In this document: piece after piece, positions 47,918-63,541 of the stretch
How the letters are laid out: each line of letters begins with the position of its first letter
Position numbering within the stretch: the stretch's first letter is position 1
Assembly (NCBI GenBank): GCA_964016885.1
Contig: OZ024752.1
Coordinates: forward strand, 35,898,001 to 35,962,000
Direction: 5' to 3'
Origin: Eledone cirrhosa
Lineage: Eukaryota
DNA length: 64,000 bases
Translations under genes and position numbers: made by a program
Notes under the pieces: generated by a model
What the model was told of the DNA's origin: nothing
Databases searched by the model: none
What the model saw: only the letters and a program-made list of their open reading frames with translations

Positions 47918-49345
47918 CTTTTATCGACCTCGAAAGGATGAAAGACAAAGTGGACCTCGGTGGGATTTGAACTCAAGAGACCAGAGAGTCGGAACAAATA
48001 CCACAAAGCATTCTATCCGACGTTCTAACGACTCTGTCAATTCGTCGCCTTTTCTAGTCATTATATGAAATAAATAATAAGGGCGGTGGATTGGCAGTAT
48101 CGGTAGAGGGTCGGACGCCATGCTTTCCAGCATAGTTACGTCCCTTTACGATCTGATTTCAAATCCCGCCGAGGTTGACTTTGCCTTTCATCCTTACGGG
48201 GTCGATAAAATAAAGTACCAGTAATGCACTGGGTAATTGCTGGCCTTGTGCCTAAAGTAGAAACAATTATTATTGTTGAGCTCAAATCCCGCCGAGGTTG
48301 ACTTTGCCTTTCATCCTTACGGGGTCGATAAAATAAAGTACCAGTAATGCACTGGGTAATTGCTGGCCTTGTGCCTAAAGTAGAAACAATTATATGAAAT
48401 AAATAATAAATTGTAAATTATAAAATTTTATAAGTTACATGTACAATAATCGTTTCATATCAGTTTGCCTGTGTTGGCTCTTTCACACACACATTAGCTA
48501 CAATAACAACAACAACATTACCTGACTTTTTAAAGAGTTGTACGAAACAGCGAAAGTAAATACTATCCCATATGTTAATCGTAGTGTCACTTCCTTTAAT
48601 AAGTCCAATTCTCTGGTATGTAGCTGAAATATCAGAAGTGAACAAAATTAGATTTTGGTTTTCAAAGGTTTTTTTTAACTATGTATTTTAATACCCCGTC
48701 AGAAAATGTAATAAAAATAATGGTTTCTGATTTAGGCACAAAGCCAACAGTTTTGGGAGAGGAGAAAGTCGATTAAATCTACCCCACTGCGTTACTGGTA
48801 TATCATTTTATCAGCCCTGCAAGGATTAAAAACAAAGCTAACCTCAGCGGCATTTGAACTCAGAATGTTAAGTAACGTAACTGTATGCCACAGAATATGT
48901 TATCCAACGTTCTACCGAATAACAGTTTCTGATTTAGGCACAAGGTTAACAATTTTGGAGGAGGGGTAAGCGGATTAAATCGACCCCCGGTGCATTACTG
49001 GTAGATTATTTTATCGACTCCGTAAGGATGAAAGGCAAAGCTAACCTCGGCGGGATTTAAAAAATAAAGGATTGGTGCTAAAGCTGTGAAATCTTGAACT
49101 CAGGGCCTAAAGGTTCGTAACATGCCGCAAAACATGTTGTCCGATGCTCTACAAAATAATTGTTTCTACTTTAGGCACAAGGCCAGCAATTACCCAGTGC
49201 ATTACTGGTACTTTATTTTATCTACCCCGTAAGGATGAAAGGCAAAGTCAACCTCGGCAGGATTTGAACTCAGATCGTAAAGGGACGTAACTATGCTGGA
49301 AAGCATGGCGTCCGACCCTCTACCGATACTGCCAATCCACCGCCC
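47918..49345. mobile_element. SINE cluster
   Basis: Same consensus, both orientations. Confidence 0.8.
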
Positions 49346-51487
49346 TAAAAATTTGTTCAAGATAAATATTGCTACATACATCATGTCTGAACATTGAGTG
49401 TAAAATCACTGGGATTTTTAGTAACATGGTAACATCGTTTAGAATAGTAAAATTTAACATTTTTAAAACTTTGAAACACTTCTTTAACGATTTAGACATA
49501 AAGTTTATCACATTCTAACCCTGAATGAAGTAAAGACCATGACTAAGTGCCATTAAGCCTCTGGGATGTTTTCAGTTGTTCCCAGCCTTACACCAATCGG
49601 AGGGACTTACATACATGTTAGCAACTTGTAGAGAACTAAGGGGTGGCGTGAGAACTAAGGGGTAGCGAAGCATAACGACATTCTCGTGGAAACTCTGGAC
49701 AGTGACGAAAATAAACTTTCAGAAATCCTTGGCCTAGCAGTGCTACAGGTGGGGATGTTTGGGGTTGCATAAATAGTTCAAGATAAAAATATTACAGGCA
49801 TAGAAATGCTGTCAGGCGGGCCTGTCCAAACTTTGCGTAGAGCGACGAAACCATTCTGCATGCATTCGTTCAGTCTCAGAATTATGTCACACAGCTGTTT
49901 AAGCCCTGAGTTCAAGATTTATCGTAAAAATCGCGTAATTTGATAAATTTTTTTTAATGTTATTTTAAAAGGTTTAAAGTTTCGTTTATTATTGAACAAA
50001 CTTCATATTATATTCTAAATATCAGAGGTGTCTATAATATTTTCACCAACATAATAAATGTCAATTCCTTTCTGTATATGAGTTATGAATGCCCTTGAGT
50101 CTTATGGAACTATGAGTAATGTCTTGTAAACATCAACTAACTAGACTTCTGTTGGCGTCTAGATAAATATAAAGGCACAGTTCCAGTTACGGTGATGGCA
50201 TTATTTTCCATAGTTGATAAAACATAACATTTCATATATACTTCTAACTCAACAACCCATGTTATTTTACCACTGATCTATTGCCCCTGAAATACATTTA
50301 GGTGTAAAAAAAAAACCCAAAAAGAGAAGAAGCACTCATATTGACATTGGAAGTGAGGAATTACCAAAAACTGACATTTCATTTGTCCTTTTAACATTTT
50401 AATGTTAACAATCGTTTCCAAGTACATGTAAATGTATTGCCCTGTATGGTCACGTAACTCTTGAGAGAGTCATAAGGGAGTCGTATTGACATACGGTGTT
50501 TTGGGGGGCTTTTTAAAACCTGGTGGAACCCATCTCCTCTCTAGCACTGAATACAGCAGATTTCTTCCAGAGAAGGATAAAGAGTGAGAGGAAGAATCTA
50601 CCCCAGTATTTGACTGGTACTTTTTTTTATTATCGACCTTGAATAGCTAAAAGGTAAAGTTGACCTCGGCAAGATTTGAACTCAGAGACCAAAGAGTCTA
50701 AACTAATACCGCAAGGGTATTCTATCTGACGCTCTAACGACTCTGCCATTCTATCTGACGCTCTAACGACTCTGCCAATTCGCCATCTTACATGTAAATA
50801 AATATATACAAAACTGGTGTGCATGGCAGAATGGTTGATATGTTCGCTACGCAACCATTAAGATCCTGGGTTTTATCCCATTGCGTGGTATCGTTGGGCA
50901 AGAATCATTTACTACAGCTTCGGGTCGATCCATACCTTGTCAGTGAAACTCTTTTACTAGCCTTGTACCAGAAAAAAAAAAAGATAGAAACAATTATTTC
51001 GAAAAAAATGAGACGTACATTTTCCCAGGTCCTAAATTACTCAGGCGTCGGCTTTGCATATGATAGCATGTCTATGGAGAGCGAGTTCTCATAAACGACA
51101 CCAACATGTTATGGAAGCTGTCTAGCCGGTTTTTAGCGACCAATATATTATTTACCAAACTGTGAAATATACTTTTGCGATCTTGGAACAGAAAACATCT
51201 CTATCCTCCTGAGAGTTAAAGACAGACAACGTATCTAGATGTAAAAATAAGAGTCACTTGTGTGGAATTAATGATTCTATGTTTACATAATAATTCAGAT
51301 GTTATAATACAGGAATGGTTAATATGTCGGATGATGGAATAGGACAGCTTGGCAAATTCCTATAAGTACATTATACATTATACATATGTATACATCAAAG
51401 TTTGCATGTCTGTGAATATATGCGTGTATTTATTTATTATGTAATTATATACATATATATATATCAATATATATATACATACATATA

Positions 51488-52087
<600 letters not shown>

Positions 52088-52127
52088 GTATATACATATA
52101 TATACATATATATGTATATATACATAT

Positions 52128-52543
<416 letters not shown>

Positions 52544-52812
52544 TATATATACATATATAGATATAGATATAGATATCTATCTGTTATGTGTGTATGCTTG
52601 TGTGTGTATGCTTGTGTGTGTATGCATGGGTGAGTGAGTGAGTGAGTGTGATTTAAACTCAGAAAGTAAAAGGAAGTAACTCTATGCCGCAAACCATGGT
52701 GTTCGGCGCTCTGCTAATTACTACCAGTCCACCACCATATAATACAATATCTTTTCGGTATATGAAAATGATATTTATCATGGGCGTGTTCCTAATTACT
52801 ACAAATAGAGCA

Positions 52813-52905
<93 letters not shown>

Positions 52906-52995
52906 ACACACACAGACACACACACACACACAGACACACACACACACACACAGACACACAGACACACAGACACACACACAGACACACAGACACAG

Positions 52996-53027
<32 letters not shown>

Positions 53028-53046
53028 ACACACAGACACAGACACA

Positions 53047-53081
<35 letters not shown>

Positions 53082-53192
53082 ACACAGACACTCACACACA
53101 CAGACACACACACACACACACAGAGACACACACACACACACACACACAGACACAGACACACACACGCACACACACAGACACACACACACACA

Positions 53193-53231
<39 letters not shown>

Positions 53232-53395
53232 ACACATACACATTCACACATACACTAACATACATACACACATACACACACAGAGACACTCACACAGACA
53301 CACACACACACACACAGACACACACACACACACAGAGACACACACACACACAGACACACACACACACACACACAGAGACACACACACACACACAG

Positions 53396-53429
<34 letters not shown>

Positions 53430-55372
53430 ACACACACAGACACAGACACACACACACACACACACAGACACACACACACACACACACGCACACACACAGA
53501 CACACACACACACACACAGACAGACACACACATACACATTCACACATACACTAACATACATACACACATACACACACATACATACACACACATCACACAA
53601 ATACATACGCACACATACACTAACATACATACACACATACATACACTAACATACATACACACATACACTCACACACTCATACACTAACATACATACACAC
53701 ATACACTCACATACACACACATACACATTCACACATACACTAACATACATACACACATACACACACATACATACACATCACACAAATACATACGCACACA
53801 TACACTATCATACATACACACATACATACACTAACATACATACACACATACACTCACACACTCATACACTAACATACATACACACATACACTCACATACA
53901 CACACATACACATTCACACATACACCAACATACATACACACATACACACACATACATACACACACATCACACAAATACATACGCACACATACACTAACAC
54001 ACATACACACATACATACACTAACATACATACACACATACACTCACACACTCATACACTAACATACATACACACATACGCTGACATACACACACATACAC
54101 ATTCACACATACACTAACATACATACACACATACACACACATAATACACACACATCACACAAATACATACGCACACATACACTATCATACATACACACAT
54201 ACATACACTAACATACATACACACATACACTCACACACTCATACACTAACATACATACACACATACACTAACATACATACACACACATACATACACATCA
54301 CACAAATACATACGCACACATACACTAACACACATACACACATAAACATACATACACACATACACTCACACACTCATACACTAACATACATACACACATA
54401 CACTCACATACACACATACACACACACACTAACATACATACACACATACACACACATACATACACACACATCACACAAATACATACGCACACATACACTA
54501 ACACACATACACACATACATACACTAACATACATACACACATACACTCACACACTCATACACTAACATACATACACACATACACTAACATACATACACAC
54601 ACATACATACACATCACACAAATACATACGCACACATACACTAACACACATACACACATAAACATACATACACACATACACTCACACACTCATACACTAA
54701 CATACATACACACATACACTCACATACACACATACACACACACACTAACATACATACACACATACACACACATACATACACACACATCACACAAATACAT
54801 ACGCACACATACACTAACACACATACACACATACATACACTAACATACATACACACATACACTCACACACTCACACACTAACATACATACACACATACAC
54901 TAACATACATACACACACATACATACACATCACACAAATACATACGCACACATACACTAACACACATACACACATAAACATACATACACACATACACTCA
55001 CACACTCATACACTAACATACATACACACATACACTCACATACACACATACACACACACACACTAACATACATACACACATACACACACATACATACACA
55101 CACATCACACAAATACATACGCACACATACACTAACACACATACACACATACATACACTAACATACATACACACATACACTCACACACTCATACACTAAC
55201 ATACATACACACATACACTCACATACACACACATACACATTCACACATACACTAACATACATACACACATACACTCACATACACACATACACACACACAC
55301 ACTAACATACATACACACATACACACACATACATACACACACATCACACAAATACATACGCACACATACATA
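52813..55372. repeat. (CA)n-derived complex satellite with a 316-bp higher-order unit
   Basis: Pure CA decays into CATA/CTAA variants; identical blocks start at 54325, 54641 and 54957. Confidence 0.9.
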
Positions 55373-55583
55373 TTTACATAACTATATTGTGGCTATTTCC
55401 CTCCCCCTCCCCCTCCATCCCCCTCTCCCCTCTCCTCCCCTCCATCCCCCTCTCCCTCCCCCTCCCCCTCCATCCCCCTCTCCCCTCCCCCCTCTCGCTA
55501 CTCTTGATAATGAAGAATACGGGCATTAGTCCTTAATGCCTAGGAAACGGATATTCTTTTTAGTTTATTACTAACACCGTGCA

Positions 55584-55625
<42 letters not shown>

Positions 55626-55646
55626 TATAAATACATATATATATAC

Positions 55647-55698
<52 letters not shown>

Positions 55699-55731
55699 GT
55701 ATATATATATATATACATATATATATACACA

Positions 55732-55852
<121 letters not shown>

Positions 55853-55977
55853 TATATAAATACATATATATATATAAATATATAAATACATATATATATA
55901 TATATAAATATATAAATACATATATATATATATAAATATATAAATACATATATATATATATATAAATATATAAATAC

Positions 55978-56070
<93 letters not shown>

Positions 56071-56077
56071 TATAAAT

Positions 56078-56124
<47 letters not shown>

Positions 56125-56330
56125 TTTCGTTTCTGAATTTGTTTAGCAAGATTCTTTATCTGAAATCGTGTGTTGAAACCGATATTGTTATACTTTGGGA
56201 GGGTCATGTTGCCAATAAGAAATACACGCACCAGTTGCTTTCACTTCAATTTATTATAATAAATTTATAATAAATTTATAAATTTCTGGTTGGTTGGTTG
56301 GTTCCACAACCAGATAGTTGTTTATATATT

Positions 56331-56373
56331 GTCATAGTTCTTTCGTCACACACTCTGTGACCTCTTCAGTGAC
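56331..56373 (-). ncRNA. Minimal type I hammerhead ribozyme motif (PLE pLTR)
   Basis: GTCA-CTGAAGA-G-GTCACA(gagtg)TGTGAC-GAAA-GAAC-TA/TGAC; same fold as 9513, CUA site. Confidence 0.75.
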
Positions 56374-56570
56374 TGGGGATTCCTTTCTTTGTTTCTGTGC
56401 CTCTCCTTTGTTCTGTCCTACGCCATTTTGTTTCTGTGTGTGTGTTGTGTGCTTAGTCTGCGCATGCGCCACATCCGGGTGTCTGTGTGTGTTTATGTTC
56501 ATATATTTATTTGCTTATTTACATGTTACTGGTTGGTTGTTTGTTCTATGTGTGTGTTTTCATTTTGTCC

Positions 56571-57461
56571 TTAATTGTAAGTTGTGATGTTGCTGTTCCA
56601 CTCATATTTTTTATTTAATTTTGGTTGTAATTCTTTTATGTTTATTGCCTCTGTAATTTGTCTAAACATTGCGTCTTTTCTGTGTGTAGATTCTATTTTT
56701 ATTTCTATGTTTTCTAATTTACCCTTGTGTTCTATTTTAGCATGTTGGTAGAGTACAGATGATTCTTTACTATCTTGAAGGTCTCGCCAGTGTTCATTTA
56801 TCCGTTCCCCTATACTACGAGCTGTCTCACCTATGTACACTATATTTTTGTCTCTACATTGTCCTTCAGTACATCTTATGTTATACACTACATTTCTAGT
56901 TTTACAGTTAATATGGGGGCTTATTTTACAGGTTATACATTTCTTATCTATACATGAGGGTCTTTTAAAAGGGTATGTCTTGCTAATAATTGTTTTTATG
57001 GAGGTACCTGGTCTTTCTACTATCTTAATATTGAGTTTATGTTTGTTTAGGGCCCTTCTAAATTTGTAAGCTAATTCCCCTCTAGGGGCTGTATCGATGA
57101 ACATTACACTCTGGTATTTATTGCTATCATACCATGAGTTTATTCTATTAGCCTTGTTCCTAGTTCTTTCTATTCTATTCCAAAATTTGCTCCTATACAA
57201 GGGGCAGGTCCCATTTATGTCATTATTTACCATTTTTTCCCATTTGGTTCTGGCTCCTCTATACACTCTGATTTTATCTCTCTGATTGTAGCCAGAGAAC
57301 TGCATACGGTGGATGAAGTGTTGTATGTGTCTCTCTAGTTCTTCGGGGTTGCACATGCGGGACACGTTTCTCATCACCCGTACCAAATCCGCAATCAGTA
57401 TGTTGATTTTGGTATGGTCCGAAACGGCCGAGTTTCGGTGGATCAGATGTTTGGAAGTCAT
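56571..57461 (-). CDS. PLE RT thumb + GIY-YIG endonuclease ORF (partial)
   Basis: VVY...YIGET.R...R..EH GIY-YIG signature with a terminal LN motif. Confidence 0.85.
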   Translation of the reverse strand: MTSKHLIHRNSAVSDHTKINILIADLVRVMRNVSRMCNPEELERHIQHFIHRMQFSGYNQRDKIRVYRGARTKWEKMVNNDINGTCPLYRSKFWNRIERTRNKANRINSWYDSNKYQSVMFIDTAPRGELAYKFRRALNKHKLNIKIVERPGTSIKTIISKTYPFKRPSCIDKKCITCKISPHINCKTRNVVYNIRCTEGQCRDKNIVYIGETARSIGERINEHWRDLQDSKESSVLYQHAKIEHKGKLENIEIKIESTHRKDAMFRQITEAINIKELQPKLNKKYEWNSNITTYN

Positions 57462-57805
57462 GGGTTTGGCATAATGGGAATGGAGGATTTGTTTTTTGTT
57501 GTTAATGGTATCTAACCAGAGCTCTGTGTCTAGTACAGGTAATCGATGGCTGGGGTGTCTACTTGGGTAGTCTATAGTAACTCTAATGCTCTGGTGGATG
57601 ATTTATGATAAACTATATATATGTGTTTGTGTCTATATTGTATCTGTATTATTTTTGACCATCGATCAGTCAATGGCAACATTGAGGACCGAGTAAGTTA
57701 GATTACCGATATAAAAGACAGCGAGAAACGAAAACCAACCAAACAGTGATTGTGTTCTGTTATTAATTCTGGCAATATTACACAAATATGACCCTCCCCA
57801 AGTAT

Positions 57806-57891
<86 letters not shown>

Positions 57892-58464
57892 TAAGACAGG
57901 GGGGAAGAAAAAAATGGCTTCACTTGTGCTTTCAACAAATTTATTTTCTTCACAAAATCCAAAAAGAATTTTTTTCCGGATTAGAAAAAATAAAAAAATT
58001 ACATTTTTTTATAAATTAAGTCGTTGGTTGTTGGTTAGGTCTTAGGAGTTCTTGGTTAACGTAGGAGGTATTGTTTCGTTTTTAAAAAGACCTTTCACGC
58101 TGAGGTGCGCTTGTCAAACTGATGTGTATGTGGTGTGTTGTTCTATATATAGGGATTTAACATGTTTGTGGTGGGGTTTTTTTTCTCCCCCTTTAATAAG
58201 TGTAGGGGTGTAGGTGTGTTGAAAAAATGTTAATAGCAGTGATAACTTGAGACAGTGAGTAGTGTTGGGTGGGGAGAAATGTAGCAAGCGCGGCCTGCCC
58301 CGGTCATTCTCGAAAAGTTCCTTTATTCAGGGGAAAAAGCTTTTAGTATTCCTTTGTATCGAAAATGGTCACAGGCAAACCGCACCTGCCAAGCTTGTAA
58401 ACAATTATTTTTTTCTGAAGAATTTTTCTACGTCCATCCCAAAATTAGTCCTTTGTTCAACACA

Positions 58465-59552
<1,088 letters not shown>

Positions 59553-59554
59553 TC

Positions 59555-59900
59555 CATATGCTTTGGCCCCACTCGCTCACCAATGACCATGGTTTTGCAC
59601 TTAGAAAGTTTCCCTCCGAGGCAGAAGCCTGGGCAAGGTTTGCTTTGTGGAAGACCAGCAGTCACCCATGCATACCAGCCTCCCCTCTCCACGCCACCGA
59701 TGTTGTCCAAGGGAAAGGCAATGGCTGATACAGCTTGGCACCAGTGACGTCGCAACTCATTTCTACAGCTGAGTAAACTGGAGCAACGTAAAATAAAGTG
59801 TCTTGCTCAAGGACACAACGCATCACCCGGTCTCAGAATCGAACTCACAACCTCTCAATTGCAAGCCCAATGCTCTAACCACTAAGCCATGCGCCTTCAC
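59555..59900 (-). mobile_element. Second tRNA-derived SINE family (~345 bp)
   Basis: Head GGCGCATGGCTTAGTGGTTAGAGC..GAGTTCGATTC; relatives at 12085-12285, 12605-12775 and 14775-14932. Confidence 0.75.
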
Positions 59901-59920
59901 ATATATATATATATATATAT

Positions 59921-60690
59921 ATGGTGGCTGCCAACTCGTTTTCGAGTACGGCCACTACTTTATATCCATGTAGGAGAACCCCTACCGATGCGCTGAACGA
60001 GTGTGACTTTTTAGTCCAGCCAGCGACTTGAAAACTCTGGTACAAACACTACACTTGTGACAATTATTGACACCTAGTGCTGGGCCCATGGTACCATGTA
60101 ACCCAAGGTGTCGTGTGAGATCACTACTCGACCTGCATACCCTTCCACAAACATCACATGTCGTCGTCTGATGAACACTTATAGCTCCACAGGTGCCTGC
60201 TTCCCTGTTCCTGTGTACTCTCAGGTGACTCTTTAGACCTGCCATGCTCAGACAAACCCTATTACAGGTCTCACATGTCAGGTCAGGCCGTCTGTCAGTG
60301 CCTTCGGGAAGGCCAGCATGGATTCCTTTCCAGACATCTCTTTTTAGTGTCGTGTGCCTTCTTCTTGTTTCCCTCAAATAAACTCTTGCCACTAGCCACT
60401 GCTTTCCTCCAATGCGATCGGTCGCTAGCGCATGCTTCCCAGTGCTCACAAGAGATGTTACTTTTCTTGAGCGCCTCCTTGATGCAGTCCTTAAAACGCA
60501 TCTTGGGTTTGCTCGCGTTCCTTTTTCCCGTGACTTTATCCCGGTGACTGGAAGAATGCTGTGATGGTTGTTTTGTACAAGGGAAAGGGAGACAGGGATG
60601 ACTGCGGCAACTATCGTGGGATATCACTGTTGTCTGTTGTCGGCAAAGTTCTCTGTAGAATTCTGTTGGACCGTCTATTGCTCCACATTG
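59921..60690 (-). mobile_element. RTE-like LINE 3' end with three C2H2 fingers and an inverted RT fragment at its 5' side
   Basis: GKR..KPKMRFKDC..WEACASDRSHWR then three CxxC..H motifs (minus strand); 60551-60690 encodes [21 protein letters not shown] on the plus strand. Confidence 0.8.
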
Positions 60691-60759
60691 TATACATACA
60701 TACATACATACATACATACATACATACATACATACATACATACATACATACATACATAC

Positions 60760-61368
60760 ATGGTGGCTGCCAACTCGTTTTCGAGTACGGCCACTACTTT
60801 ATACCCATGTAGGAGAACCCCTACCAATGCGCTGAACGAGTGTGACTTTTTAGTCCAGCCAGCGACTTGAAAACTCTGGTACAAACACTACACTTGTGAC
60901 AATTATTGACACATAGTGCTGGGCCCATGGTACCATGTGACGACAAGTGCAGAGAGATCTCCAGATATAAAGCAATGCCTGTGCCGTGAAGCTTTTATAG
61001 TGAGCAAAGGCACTGCACAAAGCCAGTCCCACTCTCTTAACCAAGATGATATTTACCAAAAAGAAGAACAATTCAACATCATTGGATACCATCAGGGTTG
61101 CAGGTGTTATATCAGAGTTTTCCTTCTCCTAGAATTCTGCCTTGACAAAGGCTAAGGGGTCATCTCTCCCGGTGATTTTGGATGGCTATTGACTCTTAAG
61201 AGCCCCTTTGCCTTTTGACAGGTTTTGTTTTTAGTCCTGCAGGATGTCCAAAGCCACCCTCCTCACCAAGAAACCTTGGTGGGGTTGCCAGTTTAGTCGC
61301 CAACGACCCGACCATGAGACAGGTTGTACTGGGATACATGTTACCAATAGCACCAACTGGTGACCTGA
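60760..61368 (-). mobile_element. ~610-bp non-autonomous RTE derivative
   Basis: Second full copy; (TACA)n on both sides. Confidence 0.8.
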
Positions 61369-61886
61369 CACATACATACATACATACACACATACATACA
61401 TACATACATACATACATACATACATACATACATACATACATACATACATACATACACTGTTGCTTATTTTCAGACAGAAAAAAAATGAACATAATCCTCA
61501 GAGATTTTGAAAGAGGGAAATGAGAAGCTACTAGAAAGATAGCGAAACTAATCTAATCGTGTTATTCAACAGCTTGTGTTATATCAACTGTCCTCCAGAA
61601 AATTGCCTGTTGAAGTTCTATGATTTGAGCTGACATCTTGTCTAGCTAGGTTTGTCTGTTATTATCTCACACTGACGATAAAATAGGTATTTGTTGTTGA
61701 TGCCAATTAGATCACCTTTACCTTCACACCTGCACAAATTAACCTTTTTACCGTGTCAAAAGAATTTCATGTTGTAAAATTGCGTGATAAGCACCCCAGG
61801 AGAGTAAAAATACGAGCGTAAGATTTGGTTCAATTCCCAGACCGTGCAGCGCGTTGTGTTCTTGAGCGTAACACTTTATTACACAT

Positions 61887-62085
61887 TCAGATGTGTGAAC
61901 CTCGCGAGTTGGAATGGCTCTTCCAACGCATCTGCCTTACCATCCACCGGGGAAACACCTTCTCCATTCTGTCCGCCGGGGTTGTTGGGAGGCCAGCACG
62001 TGGGGACCCCATTTGCTCACCATACGGAGAGATGGGGAGGGCGAGAGAGAGATGGAGGCGATGACAATGGAAGTTCGGCTGTTCT
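61887..62085 (+). mobile_element. CRE-like LINE 3' fragment
   Basis: CEPRELEWLFQRICLTIHRGNTFSILSAG plus a 3'UTR similar to 10840-10900. Confidence 0.6.
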
Positions 62086-62182
62086 TTCATGTTTACTTAG
62101 GTTACTATTTTCTATTGCATATAGTCTCACCCCCGAAAAAATAAATACTAACAGCAATGGTCAGAGGGTAACACTGGGTAAT

Positions 62183-62362
62183 AAGAAAAGATTCAGGACC
62201 CCGACGGCTGATCTCCGGTCGTTTCGACAGCTAGATCTGTCGAAACGGCTGGAGCTCAGCCGTCGGGGTCTTGAATCTTTTCATATTAGCCACTCTACTA
62301 CCCCAGGTATCGAGTACTCTGGTGGGTTAAGGTCCACCTGGTATTTTACCACACCCTTTTTT
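62183..62362. mobile_element. Diverged fold-back short element
   Basis: GAAAAGATTCAGGACCCCGACGG...CCGTCGGGGTCTTGAATCTTTTC plus a related tail. Confidence 0.7.
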
Positions 62363-62367
62363 ATATA

Positions 62368-63285
62368 TACGAGGTGTGTCAGAAAAGTTTCAGGACTTAT
62401 GTCACAAAAGATTTATTTCAAACCCAAACTTCACACTAAGGGTTTTCTCCTTCAAAGTAATCCCCCTGGAGTATGTAACTGTAATCTTAGCTCTCTGCAG
62501 CGATCAAACTTTTTTCTTCATAATTTTATATACATGTCCTCTGTTTCAGGTCGTCAAGCCATGAGCACAGAGCAACGAATAAACTTGAAATTTCTGGTAC
62601 GGTTGGGGAAAACTCCGTCAGAAGCACTGGGATTGCTGCAGTAAGTGTATGGAGATGAGACGATGACACGCTCACGTGTTTTTGAGTGGTGCAAGAGGTT
62701 TAAAAAGGGACGCGAGGACGTGGAAGATGACCCAAAGAGCGGAAGGCCCTCAACAACCAGGACTGAGGTCAACGTTGAACGCGTCAGGCAGATGGTGCGT
62801 AGCGATCGTCGGCTGACTGTTCGACTGATGGCAAATGAGCTGAGCATGCATCAGGACAGCGTCTGGAAGATTCTCACTAAAGATTTGGACATGCGGAAAG
62901 TCTGCGCGAAGATGGTGCCAAAACTGCTGAACGATGACCAGAAGGGTCGACGCATGCAAGTGTGCCAAGACATCCTCGAGCATCTTGAAACCGAACCAGA
63001 CTTGCTAGGGACAGTCATCACCAGTGATGAGTCACGGATCTTCGAGTACGACCCGGAGGGGACCCGTTTTGAAGATGTGGACGACACCAAAAAGGCCTTA
63101 ACGACGGAACTGCGGAGGATCCCGGAAGAATCCTTCCAGGAGTGCAGGCAAGCGTGACCGAAAAGGATGGAAAAGTGCATTAGACTCCAGGGGGATAAAT
63201 TTGAAGGAGAAAACTCTTAGTGTGAAGTTTGGGTTTGAAAGAAATCTTTTGTGACATCAGTCCTGGAACTTTTCTGACACACCTC

Positions 63286-63288
<3 letters not shown>
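62368..63288 (+). mobile_element. Mariner (Tc1/mariner) DNA transposon, internally deleted
   Basis: ~72-bp TIRs (TACGAGGTGTGTCAGAAAAG... / ...CTTTTCTGACACACCTCGTG) and TA TSD. Confidence 0.92.
62561..63220 (+). pseudogene. Mariner transposase remnant
   Basis: EQRINLKF..GKTPSE..*VYGDE..VFEWCKRFKKGRE..SGRP..VITSDE..YDPE fused directly to GTRF..; in-frame stops, most of the catalytic core is missing. Confidence 0.9.
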
Positions 63289-63339
<51 letters not shown>

Positions 63340-63478
63340 GTGTTAAACAATATTCAATGAGTATGTATGTCAAAGAATTAGTTTTACAGTAGATTGGAAG
63401 CACTCTACAGCAAAATAATTTTCCAGAGTTATTAATATTAAAATATAAATATTAATAAAATAGATGTTCTTTTGATCA

Positions 63479-63541
63479 ATTACATTTTATTATACATATT
63501 TCGGATGTACAACAGTACGTCCTCATCAGACAAAATATAAT
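63479..63541 (-). ncRNA. Type I hammerhead ribozyme motif
   Basis: ATTATATTTTGT-CTGATGA-GGACGTAC(tgtt)GTACATCC-GAAA-TATGTAT-A/ATAAAATGTAAT; 12-bp stem I with G-U pairs, AUA site. Confidence 0.8.

Larger units (their letters stand above)
56125..57602 (-). mobile_element. Penelope-like element, 5'-truncated (RT C-terminus + GIY-YIG endonuclease + pLTR)
   Basis: The frame extends upstream of the 296-aa ORF (IHQSIRVTIDYP..LPVLD..HYAKP), then C-x-C, NVVYNIRC..YIGETARSIGERINEH; followed by a ~450-bp pLTR with a hammerhead, ending in (TA)n. Confidence 0.9.
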
